The position numbers and the translations under genes were made by a program. 64,000 nucleotides of DNA from Phoronis australis (Eukaryota > Animalia > Phoronida), in contig NMRA01000848.1 in assembly GCA_002633005.1 (NCBI GenBank), positions 1 through 64,000 of the forward strand, given 5' to 3'. Positions 52,660-64,000 of this stretch are shown here, one piece after another. Positions within the stretch are counted from its first letter, which is position 1. The number at the start of each line of letters is the position of its first letter. The notes below the pieces were generated by a model. That model had not been told where the DNA came from, did no database searches, and saw only the letters and a program-made list of their open reading frames with translations.

Positions 52660-54780
52660 TTTTAGTTAATTTTAGTTTAGTTTAGTTTAGCTTATTTTCA
52701 ACGTTTAAGGCCTTGGCCCACATGTTACATGGAATTTACAGGATAACGCTGAACAACTTTTCCTTGAGGGAAGTGTAACATCTTCAATTAGGGACACACA
52801 GAAACAACACACACGCCATTTTTGGTCCACAAGATCATGTCCACCATTCTCTATCATCAAGTTACGATTGCGGTTGCGTAAGTTAGCCATACCTGCTCAA
52901 AGATATATGAAATATTACGCAAGGAATAGGATTCAATATCAAAATCAAATTTAAATGAGGAATATGTATTACGTTTTGAGCTATTCTCCACAGCAAAGCT
53001 ACAATCTTGTAAAAAACATCTTTAATTGGCTGCTCAAAAATGACAAGCAAAGATGCCTCCCAGCCAATGGTTTAATCGTGCCATACAAATTCAAAACCAA
53101 ATCTTTGCAGCAAATTCGTAATAGCTGAAGCCCAACTCCCCCCCCCCCCTCCTCCATCGTCATCCAATGTGACACGCTTGTCATGGACTGATTTTGGATT
53201 TCGATGTCCTGGCATTTCAACAATTTAAACCAATATTTGATCAGTTTAACAAACAGCTTTACATAAACTGGATACCTTTATCCCAGTTCTCACAGGACAG
53301 CATGATTTGAATAGTTACTTCCAACTCCCAGCAGTTGCTCACATAATTTCAATTGGACGCGCTTGATACTAGATTATTCTACAAATCCCCAAATCTCACT
53401 GCAATAGCAAATGATTGGGCATACCCTTTTTTCAAACATCTTGAGTGCAATCTTCGGTGAAAGTCGTCCACATTTTGACTAAAGACGTTTCATTGAAAAA
53501 TCGCTTTCTATTCCTGGTTAGACAGTGTCCAGACTAACTTAGGAGTAAGGCAAGTACCCAGGTACTTTTTTATGAGTCGAAATCAATTTTGTCGTTTCCT
53601 AAATGCCATTTTTCGTAACTTCTCGATGGTCCGCCTTTTCTAAATACCATTATTTTTTTTAGATTGATTTCCATACCCCAATCCTGACAGTATGCCTGCA
53701 GAACCTTAACTTGTTGCTGAAGTTTAAAGGCTGTCTCTGCACAACCAACCATATCATCAGCGTGTAGTAACATATACATTGAGATGCGTTCTCATTAACG
53801 TAAATTCCGCTTATTAAAGATTCTTTTAAGTAATCAACAAACTCGTTCAAATACATACTGAATAAAAATTGACTACTGAAGCATACATGTACGCCCTTGG
53901 CGAATACCGCTATTATTACTGAAAAAGTCAGTTATCCCACGCTCAGTTCTTACACACGCTCTTAACTTTGAATACATACTTTTCATCAATTTTAAAAGAC
54001 TACCATGAATTCCTGTTCCACAAAAATATGTGAAATGTTGACAATGGCCCAAGAAAAATCCATGTACATGTATATAGCATAAAATCTGCCTCTTCGTTCA
54101 TTCAAGTACCAATGAACAATTTCTTGTAAGGTAGAAACTTGGACTATTATACTATAACCTTTTCTAAAACCAGGCTGAACTTCGTTAGATAAGTCATTAT
54201 CGTTGGCCCCGATAGTTATTTACGTCATTGACTCCCCCTTGCTGATGCAATGAACATACATTATAGCGTCACACCAGGACTAAGGAAATCCCCTTGATCA
54301 TAGAGCACCATAATTAAAAAATATTTGTCAAAACAGGTGTTATATAATCTTCGGTGGACTTAAAAAGCTCTCAAATAAGTGCGTCAACACCGGAACATGG
54401 GCCGTTTGATAGTTTTCGAAGAGCAAAAAAAATCCCACTTTCGCTAAATTCATGATTCAGATGAGTTGAGTCATCAACAAGACAGTCATTACAATACTCG
54501 TCATGTCTTGCCAAGTTCCTTTTTACTTGTCCAAGCATACGTCCGTTATTAGAGTTTTCTTAAGAGTCGTACCATTCACCTGAAGGCAAAAACTCTGCTG
54601 ACTCGTCTTGAATATAATGAGAGAGATTGCCAATTCTAGCTTTAGGATCGTCAGCCATCAAAAAGATATATCATCGTGGGCATTTAAAAGGGCATCCTCA
54701 ATACCAATTCTCAAGATTTCTACACCATTCTTTTCAATTTGACTTTCTAAGTAAACACAACAGAATAATACATTCGTTTC
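52660..54780 (-). mobile_element. Decayed LINE reverse-transcriptase fragment in intron of WSC/kringle gene
   Basis: QPGFRKGYS, GIRQG, LFSMYLNE, LLHADDM..LQ..YCQDWGMEINLKK, KYLG motifs with frameshifts; (CTAAA)n tail at ~52660-52690. Confidence 0.85.
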
Positions 54781-55481
54781 AGTACACAATCAGGGGAGGA
54801 TCCAGGATTTTGAGTTAGGGGGCAGAGTATCAGCCAGGATTTTGCTCGTCAGACATTCGCACCCCCGAATAGCCAAATGAAATGTAGAAGACTTTTAGGG
54901 GGTGGGCATGTTTCACTTGCCTCCCCCCCCCCCTTAAACCCGCCACTGTCTACGATTGTTGGACGTCTCCTGCTCGAATTAGACAGCAGAACAAGACGTG
55001 TTGTGCGGCAACACGAGAAGTTGTTGACGAAACTTAAGAGTTTTGCGTTCAATGAAACTATAATAAAAAGTGTGTTTGGTACGATCAACACGACGGAATT
55101 AAAATAAATACGAATGTAAATTCTCAAGAAATGATGGTTTTTAGCTCAAGCCGTTTAAGTCACTAGTAAAGTGGGTTAACCACTAAAGTAAACTTGGATG
55201 GAAATAGTGCAGTTTTAAGTGTTTCCAAACTATGTTTTCAAAACAGATGTCAGTAGTCTGGTCTTTAAATCAAGTTATTGTCTCTTGTAAATCGTGATAT
55301 CTTTTACAATTCAATTACATCTTATTGACTACTTCCATTAGGGCAAAGCAATCGTATAGAACAGAACAGAAGCATTAAAACATTGTGATGGATGTTGAGA
55401 TAAAGTCAATCCCATCAAACTGTTTTTGAGAAACCCGATTACTCGTCTGCAGCAGCCCTGATTTTATACGTTAGATCTGTT

Positions 55482-55483
55482 CG

Positions 55484-55517
<34 letters not shown>
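55482..55517. repeat. (GCGT)n microsatellite
   Basis: Direct reading. Confidence 0.95.
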
Positions 55518-55518
<1 letters not shown>

Positions 55519-56475
55519 ATGTGCTTGTTTGTGTGTGCTCGTGTATGCTTGTCTTAAGCACACATTTTCTTCGATGTTTTTGCTTTAGGTTAAGAAATGA
55601 TGTATTAAAAACCAAGAAAGACATACGGCCAAATGTTACTCAGTACAGTGATTTCTAGGAACAAAAATTTGTATACCGTACAGCAGATTACCGTGGAGAG
55701 AGGGCTCACTTGTCCCAGACGGTCGCTTAATCGGTTCCCAAATTTGGACCCACATATTGGAAACTTCTGGCTACGACGCCAGAGGATACAACACTCCTGA
55801 AACGTGTAGAAGTTACTGTGTTAACGGTGACACGACAATTATTGGATTCATCATATCAAACTTACATGTAAACATTGGCGGGCTGTTGGAATGGATTGAG
55901 TGAGTTAGCTGTGCTTTGTAATTTTCTGTGGATGAGGAGAGAATCATTAAAAGTCAGGTCTTACTTAAAGAACATTAACAATATCGACGTGTAGCTTCGC
56001 CCAGATCGCATATTCATTTCTCGTATCACCTGCTAGTGCATTGTAATAGTGTATGCTGGTCGCTGTGACGTAATACGACTTGGTAGTGTACCTCAAAACC
56101 CCAAAAATATTCCATCAGATGGTCCCCCATTTCGTCAGTGCCACACCTCATTTGCCAATGTTTTAAATTGCAGTCTAAACCAGTCCTTGTACATAACAAG
56201 AAGTCCATGACTTATCTTACTGCATCATTCTTTGTAATCTTGCCCTTGAAGTACCATGAGTTGTTCAGTTGTTCATCCTTGTCGTGAGCAGATTCGTGAC
56301 GTTGAAACAAACTGCTTTCAACAAACGTTTTAGCCAATAGATTTCTATTGTTGGTTTCAGTAGATACTTTAAGACGCACTACATGTAGTTGATAGAAATT
56401 TGATTAACTATTCCACAGCTGCATAGCCAATGTTTATTCTGAAACACGTACCAGGTTACATCTACCTTTTTGCAG

Positions 56476-56778
56476 GACTTCCCGGATGCTATGAAGGTTA
56501 TCTTGAAATGGCAAAAACCGATTGGTTGGGAGTTGTTGCGTATGATGACGCCAAGGACAACACGCACAAGAAATGCCGGAAGACTTGCAGCAAAATGGGC
56601 TACCCGATTGCTGGCGTTGCAAAACAGACTAGTTGTTGGTGTGGAAACAATTATCTAGGGGTACGATTTATTGAATGGGCGGAACCTAACAGATGTGATT
56701 TACCGTGTCCCGGTAATCAAGAAGAAAATTGCGGGAACAACCAGTACCCTCTAATCTGGATAATGGAGTCAGATCCAG
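56476..56778 (+). CDS. WSC domain 2
   Basis: GCYE...CRKTCSKMGYPIAGV..SCWCGN...CDLPCPGNQEENCG; 303 nt, phase 1-1. Confidence 0.93.
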
Positions 56779-58730
56779 GTTAGTGAAAATGTGTTTTTGA
56801 CATAACTTTTCCATTTTGCGTTCAAGATAGTTAAATATGCGCTTTGGCGCTTCAATGAGCCTCAGTGTTCTAAGCGATTGTCGCTCTGGTCCGATTTTGA
56901 ATTTTTTCTTAATGCACACACAACTCTACCTGCAATAAATGCACATCTGCATTTTTAAAGTTGACTTAACCCAATCTTCTTTGATACGTGTTCTTCACCA
57001 ACGGAGACAGCATCCTATCACGGTTAGCAATGTTACGATACCTAATTCAATATTAGTTTCAGCCAAAAGTTCGGGGCTAAATTCAGCTTTAAATAAACAC
57101 TATCGCGTGTTGTTGACAGACAGCTTACACTGACACCAACAATGGTAACCGTGGGAAGCTTTCAATTCTGGTCACTTTATTCTTAGTCCTTGTGGCTTCG
57201 TCATTAGAATCTGTATCGGGAACACGATTGTCAAGGTGTTGTTTATGGTGCGATTCTATGCTTGCCATCGCGCATTTCGTTCGTCAGCAATTAACCTTAC
57301 AGATTTTGCTTAAACCCCCTTGAACTCCTCCAACCCACACACCACGACCCCCTCGGCCCACGACCCCTCGACCCAAGGCCCACAATCCGCTCAGCCAAAT
57401 CTACACCAGGGCAAGCGCTGACTTGCATACAACAACTCTGGCCGTGAGCTCTGCTGGCTTTCCCATGTTTCTGCAATTAGGGAAGTACATTCACCAAGTT
57501 TGAAAGCAAAAAAAAACAGAAAAAACAACTCGTCCAATTCTAATCAAACACCTACTGACGTTACAAATCGTCTCGTTCCCGGCAGTGTGTAATCGTCTCG
57601 TCTTCTCTCCAGTGAAGGGTAGATTCAAGCTATTTTGGTAGAGTGCGAGAGGGCCACGAATATATAGTATCTTCAGTAAATACAGTTTGAAAAAAGCAAA
57701 CTGTTAGCTAAGAACCATCTCAAAATCACGTGTAAAATATTGTTAATGAGTCTAGGACAGAAAGCAAGTAATGGAAACGTGAAATTATAAGCATTCACGA
57801 TAACGTACTCTCTCCTTATATTTAGTAGGACAGCGCCATTGGTAGCTGCTCGTTGAACTAATTCCGTGACAACCATGTAACACGGTCAAAATATTCTTAC
57901 GCCACTCTCTCATTTCAATCACCAGTCTTGAGCCAGATCAGCCTCCCGTTCAGTAGCGCTTGAGCCCCGCTAAAAAGCAAGACTTCGCGAGATTAAGTGA
58001 GGCATTGCCGTGTAGCTTTAATTATAACGCGTGACTTTGATTAGATTTTAGCTAGGTCCTAGCGTACAGTAGGTCCTACCGTTACTGAAAGCACGCCAGA
58101 TTTGCGTGTAGGTAAGTCGTATAGGAAATTCACTCGTCGACGTAATATGATTATGAAATGTGTCGATTTCGGTGGTATTTTCCATTAACCCGACCAAATG
58201 ATGCTGTATTCATGTACCTGGACACTTTGTAAAATCTGTATTCTGAGATAACTCCAAAACTAGCTTGAACTATTGTCCGTATTAGCAACTGTTTACGGCC
58301 TTATTTGTAAGCAGAAACGCCAATAGATAAAGGTTTTGATTTTGAAGAGAAGTCGAAACGACGGTTACTTTACTCAGACATGCTTTCTGGTGTATACTTG
58401 GAAGTTGCTACATGTATTGCCAAAGAATGTGGAACTATTGGATTGTGTGTTGGAAAATCTGTGTTGTCACACACCTCTTCTTTTATTAGGACCTTTTTTA
58501 CTAGAAATCGAACTTGAATTACTTTCGGTATTTTCTATTTCGAGTACAAGGATTTGACCCAGTGCCCAGATGTTGTTGTAGCTGATTTGTACATTACGTG
58601 CATTTATTTGACCCCTAGCAAATTTGTCATCAATTCTTCGGCCTCTGGCAAACTTACAGTGTATCACTCTACCTGAAAATAATGTGTAAAATTAGTCACG
58701 TTTGAGAAAATGATCCATCGATGGTTCCAG

Positions 58731-59048
58731 TTGCGAATGTCACCTGCTTGAAAGACCAACGAGGCATACATTACCACGGGAAGGTATCGCACAGTAAATT
58801 TGCAGAAACATGTTTGAAATGGTCAATCTTGAACTCACCCGACATAAGCAAAATCTACACACAAGGCCCTGATGCATCAGACCTGGCAGGATGGCTTAAA
58901 GACTTTAAGAGCATGAAAGCGGAGGATCAAAATACCAACTACTGCCGGAACATTGATAACGACAAAATGGGACCGTGGTGCCTTGTTGGAAATACGAAGG
59001 GATATCTCATAAAAAGATACTGCTACATTCCAGTGTGCCCATATGAAG
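58731..59048 (+). CDS. Kringle domain 1
   Basis: C..RGIHYHG..S...CLKW...NYCRNID...GPWC...YCYIPVC; 318 nt, phase 1-1. Confidence 0.93.
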
Positions 59049-62000
59049 GTAGATATAGTAATGCCAACTAAAAGATGCACTTGTTCCAATGGGCAAACCA
59101 GCCGTAGAACGGAAACATACCACAAAAAAAAATATTTTGCTGCAAACTGTTTTGCAATTTTGAACAGTCTTTCTGTCAAAAACATGCAATACAACATCAT
59201 GGCCTTTTGCAGTGAACTTCTATATAGGCTTTATTTTCTGCCTACATATTTGTCTTATAATATTTTATAACGGCTACTAAATGCGTTTTGTTCAAGAAAG
59301 CGAGCGTCCGATTTAGACACATTACGGTTATAAACATGCCTTCGGTAAGACAAGTATTTGAAGCTTTGAGATAACCTTCATTGTGCATCAATTTTATGAA
59401 AGTAATTGATCATAATCATAAGTTGATTTTTGTGATTGGCGATTTAATTGTTTACTATGTTCACAAAGTTGACTTGTTCTATTTACGTAAACACCTTCTG
59501 TACCGCTTATTTTTCCGAAATTTACGAAAAAAGTGATACGTTGTATCGCTGCGGGTCATTTTGGCAGCCAAGACGATTATTGACGGCTTGATGTCTTTCA
59601 CAACAGTTGGCACTGGCATTTTTAAATTTCTGGGTCCCGTTCCAATTAAACTGACTTAGCTGAGACAAATCTTAAATTTCAGTCAATTTCAAGAGACATT
59701 TCAATTCTGACTAAATCGCGACAAAGTCTCGAAATCGCGATATCATGCAATAATCCGTATAAATCCAAGTGAACAACAGCGGCTGCGCGCAAGCTTTTTT
59801 TTGTGACCATGTCAACGTCTCCAAACGTTTGATATTCGAAAAGTGTCGGAATTTTAAGTTGCTATTTTTCGGTGTTTTATGTGCCCTCCTAATAAACAAC
59901 AATTAACAACAGGTGGTTCTGTATCTTGCCTGTTCACCCAATCACAACATCATGAATTGAAAAATGCATTGGATCATCTTAAATTGCACACTGGATAATG
60001 AATAACGAGAAATTGTCAATTTCACATTTAGATCAAAGGCATAGCAGCATTGCAATATATCCAAACAAAACTTGAGGATGTTTTTGTTGATCAAATCATC
60101 AAGTGTCAGTTACTAGTCAATTAAGATAAAATAAGAAACGTTGTTTCTTTTCCTTGAGTTTGTAAGGTTCACTTTCATTTTATGATATTAAAATGCTCAC
60201 GATTTACTGAGTAACATGAATTTTAGATTGGTGCAATGCGTATTGTGAGCACGCTCTCAATGCAAAGGTCTCACAGGTCTGGAATTTGAATTAGATATTC
60301 TGTATCTTCAGCTAAGTAATATTTTTGTATTTTTTGTTGGAAATATATTAACTAATTCTCATTTATTTATGCATAACACAGATGCGTACTTGAACTGCAT
60401 GCTAGTATCATAGTGTCGATTTTGTCATTTCTGGTAAAGCAGCTCTTTTTACTGCCAAGTGGTTTTGTCACGAAGTTAATTAAAGTTTGTCTGAGTTGGG
60501 AGGGTTCTGTCCAACTCCATCTAGTCTTTTTCGAAAACTACTATTTATACAAGGCTGCATCAATAATGTATTCCTTTAGAACTACATGTCACAATTTCTG
60601 AATCAGATGTTCGTAAAATTTGAATCTATGGTAAAATGATACCTCGCAACACCCTTACACTTTCTTAAGTCGGGCTCTCGGTTTTGCATCCTATTTGGTA
60701 TATCTGGATTGACCGGACGCAGAAAACGCAATGTATGATCCAAGCCAATGCGCATCCCAATTGGAACCAAAATTCAACAGGTATCCCGCTGTTCTTTTGG
60801 CGTTTCTTTACTATAGCTTGTTTTTCCAGATCAGTACCTCTGTGTTTTTATCCTATCACATTTTATCTCGTTACGAATTTATGGCGAATAAAGGAAACCA
60901 CATCAAACCCTGACATTGTGTAAAGAAAAAATCACGAAATTCCTCCAATATTTTCAGTAACAAAGACTACAGTACGAGGTGAGTACAATGTATCCTAATT
61001 GAAAGTGAAGCCGTTACTCATTGGTGCGTATTCAATGTTGATAAGGTAGTTTGTCTGCTGTCTCTCATACGGTCTTTACTTTTTGTTCGAAACCAATCTT
61101 CATGGATCAAAATGATGAGTTATCGTACTTTTTATGTTTTCGTGCCTTCATCCACGTATTTTCATTACACAACTGGCACCGACGTTGGAAGTGTCTTACC
61201 AATAGTGCTTCAATCGAGGCGTGCAGATCACCTGCTCCATGTTCACCAGCTGGTTATACCGTACTTTGTTTAACAACAAAAGTTTCATATGTTTTCATTG
61301 TCAATTTAAATATAAGCTAAGAGCTTTCAATAGAAAGTCCATTCGAAATTCCAGTGTGCATCACCTGTACAGTTTGGGAAGATGTTTATTCCCGCGGTCG
61401 GTTTCAGGATAATGGAGAGGAGAAGACTTGTCTTCCCGCTTCCCTCCTCTAGGGATTTTGAATCTCTAATTCACTTATGGAGCCCATTTACTTTACTTTA
61501 AAGGAAAAAAAGGCTGACACTTGAACTTACACGACGTAACGGAGTGATAAAACATTCATCTAAACTTCTCTGTCTAGCACCTCACTGTTGGACGTTTGCA
61601 AGGGACTCAGTGTGCTTAACGGAATACTGTTCTTGCCAATTTTAACCCATTCAACAGTTGTTTAACTTCATGTATACTCGCCCGCTACCTTTTTGACTCT
61701 AAGGATGAGCCCGAAAGTCTTAGCTTTGGTCAAGATGTTCGAGATATTGAAACTATGACCTGCATTACTGCGAGTGGGATAATGGTTGAGCTCTATAAGC
61801 TATTCTCTTCAATAGAGTATCCGTGGTCGTTGCCGTGCAGTCTTCGACCTACAACTCTTTCTGATCGTGGCAGCCTAATTCTGCATCTACACCATGTACA
61901 GGATTTGTTCCCGTTATACATACGTTGCGGCATGCTTGCCGTAATCATTGCAAGACAATCTTTCCCAACTGCAGAGAGGAAAATAGGCGAGAAATGACAT

Positions 62001-62626
62001 GGCACCTTGTTGATGGAGATTCCTAAAGTTCTACCAGGCTGGATTTCGACACTTTTCAAAACTTATTTTTGGCGGTGTCAATTCCGTGGCTTCAGTTCTA
62101 ATTAACCGTTTGTATTTTCAGATGTCCAGTACATTCAATGTTCCTTTTAAACTGGAGCTCGTTTCATAACTTTTGCCATCATTTTATGGTCGCTCATTAT
62201 CGTCATACTGTGTGGGTGTCCGCTCGACATGGTCGGAATTTTTATTGGCGCAAGGGTGTAGAGCATTATCAGAAAGGCTCGGGTCATTTTTCAATCTGCC
62301 TCCTTCCGGGGTCACAAGGTTATAACATTTTCAGCATTTTTGAGGAAGAGAAATTCCGGATGATCTCTAAAGAACCGACTGACAGATTTTACTGAAGCTC
62401 AAACAGAAGTATGTAACATCAATGCCCCGGCGACATATTTTGGGTCGATTGGACCACTGTGGCGCCTCTTATTGGTCATTTGTACTCGAAAAAGCTATTT
62501 AAGTGTTATTTTGGGGAAAAACTTGTCCCAGAGGTATGTGACTTAATTGCGTCAATTAATTTCCCTCCTTAATTCTGGGCAAACAAAAAGCCCTTATCTC
62601 AGTTGTTTGGCCTATTTGCTTTCCAG

Positions 62627-62908
62627 AACAAAATTTCAATTGTAAATTTACGCAAAAAGGGGTTGAGTACTTTGGAACAAAGGCAACTACAATCAAACGA
62701 GAAACTTGTGAACGATGGAACGATGATTATGTCGTCTTCCTACTCTTCGAGGAAACAGGAGGGGAAGCAGCCTTCGACAAAATGCCCGTGCACGTGCAAT
62801 TGTCGAATTTTTGCAGGAACCCGACCAGCAAAGCTAAGGGCCCTTGGTGTTACATCAAGGGAAAACTTCCGAATTGGGAGTACTGTGGAATTCACATGTG
62901 TTCCAGCA
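62627..62908 (+). CDS. Kringle domain 2
   Basis: ttccag acceptor; NCKFTQKGVEYFG..TCERW...NFCRNPTSKAKGPWCY...WEYCGIHMC; gtaagt donor, phase 1-1 (frame not listed in the ORF track). Confidence 0.92.
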
Positions 62909-64000
62909 GTAAGTGACCCTTTTCATATTTTATTTCCAGAAGTCTAGGGAAAAGTTCTTGTTGATTACTTATAATACGTCGGTTGTTTCTGCGCTGAAGT
63001 TTTTGTGAACTCATAATCAACATTGTGAGTCTCCATTCACAGTGTGTCGTTTAAATGGAGTTTATCTAAGAGTTCAGTGAATAAAATTACCAGCAAAGTG
63101 CGTGAATAGATGAAATACCATTTTGAACTAATGTGCTGATTTATCCATTGACAGAAACTTAAATATTGACAGTCTAATAATTTTAGACATAGAACAAAGT
63201 ATCCAACCGTATTCATATCCTCATCAAGTTGATTGAACTTCTCAAGTTTACCCAACCAGTCATTAAAGGGCATTTGGTCAACATGACTCTGTCTGCAGTT
63301 TGTGTTAAGTCAAGATTACCTTTTTGAACAAAGTGTAAAAGACAAAACATGGCGTGAAGTGTGCCAAAACCGTTATGGTCTTGTTTAAAAATGAATTTTA
63401 CAAAAAGTGTGTATGAGAAGAGCTGGAGTACATCTATCTGCCAGAAGACATGCTGGCATAGATTATAGACAATGGATTCGCAACTCCGACATTTTCTTGC
63501 GTACTATCACCCAGGAGGCGCCATTTTCCTAAATTACCATTTTCAGTTTCCGCTTTGTGTATTTCGACGGGAAATTCTCGAATCTATTTTACGGTCCAAT
63601 ACAATAAAAAACATAATAATTTGGGTATTGAAACGCTGGTATCGTGAGTACTTTTGTTACCTGACCACACAACAGCCGACCTAGCCAGCCAGCTGCATGA
63701 AGGCTATCGTCAAAACACAGCTAGGTAACACTTAGTCTTGTATATATAGTACACAACTTTGAGCTGATGTGAGTAAAAAGTGGCAAAATCTGACACAAAA
63801 TTGGTGTCGTTAAAAACAATATTCTTCTTTGAGTAACCTATATTTTTAACGGTGTTGGAAACAATTTCGTTCTACCGTTATTCTTCAGCTAATAATGTGG
63901 ACCGATCTTCAGCGTCGTCTTACGCGCCATGAAATATTGCGTATAACCTATTGGCCAGTTTCTTTTTTCAACGATTCTTCAATCAACTGTTGTTCTTCCA

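Larger units (their letters stand above)
46893..62908 (+). other. Secreted/cell-surface WSC-WSC-kringle-kringle protein gene (3' end not resolved)
   Basis: Phase-compatible exons 46893-46986, 47851-47978, 52269-52437, 56476-56778, 58731-59048, 62627-62908. Confidence 0.8.

Noticed and set aside
60670-62410. Possible extra exons between the two kringles (e.g. 60670-60780, 62122-62408)
   Set aside because: No recognisable domain, and phases or stops do not fit convincingly.

Overview
Eukaryotic (invertebrate metazoan-like) genomic DNA, AT-rich, with GT-AG introns, many decayed transposons and several N gaps. I reconstructed three multi-exon genes by hand. (1) A + strand ADAM-type zinc metalloprotease (~2310-30461; 5' part upstream of the window) with an intact HEIGHTLGMLHD zinc motif, disintegrin and Cys-rich domains, then a second disintegrin, an EGF-like domain, two thrombospondin type-1 repeats and no clear transmembrane/cytoplasmic tail. 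(2) A - strand two-exon secreted C-type lectin (32616-34313) with a second copy of its first exon (35957-36533). (3) A + strand secreted protein with signal peptide, two WSC domains and two kringle domains (46893->62908, probably continuing). Mobile DNA includes two LINE relics, an L2/CR1-type 3' end, two Penelope-like GIY-YIG fragments, an Academ-like relic, an internally deleted Kolobok element with intact TIRs and TTAA TSDs, and several MITE/foldback families. Four apparent tandem duplications all abut N gaps and are probably uncollapsed haplotypes. Comparing these copies shows repeated TA->TACATGTA / TACAGTA insertions; TACATGTA occurs about 40 times in the window, consistent with pervasive Tc1/mariner-type excision footprints. 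All calls come from reading the sequence; no searches were run.
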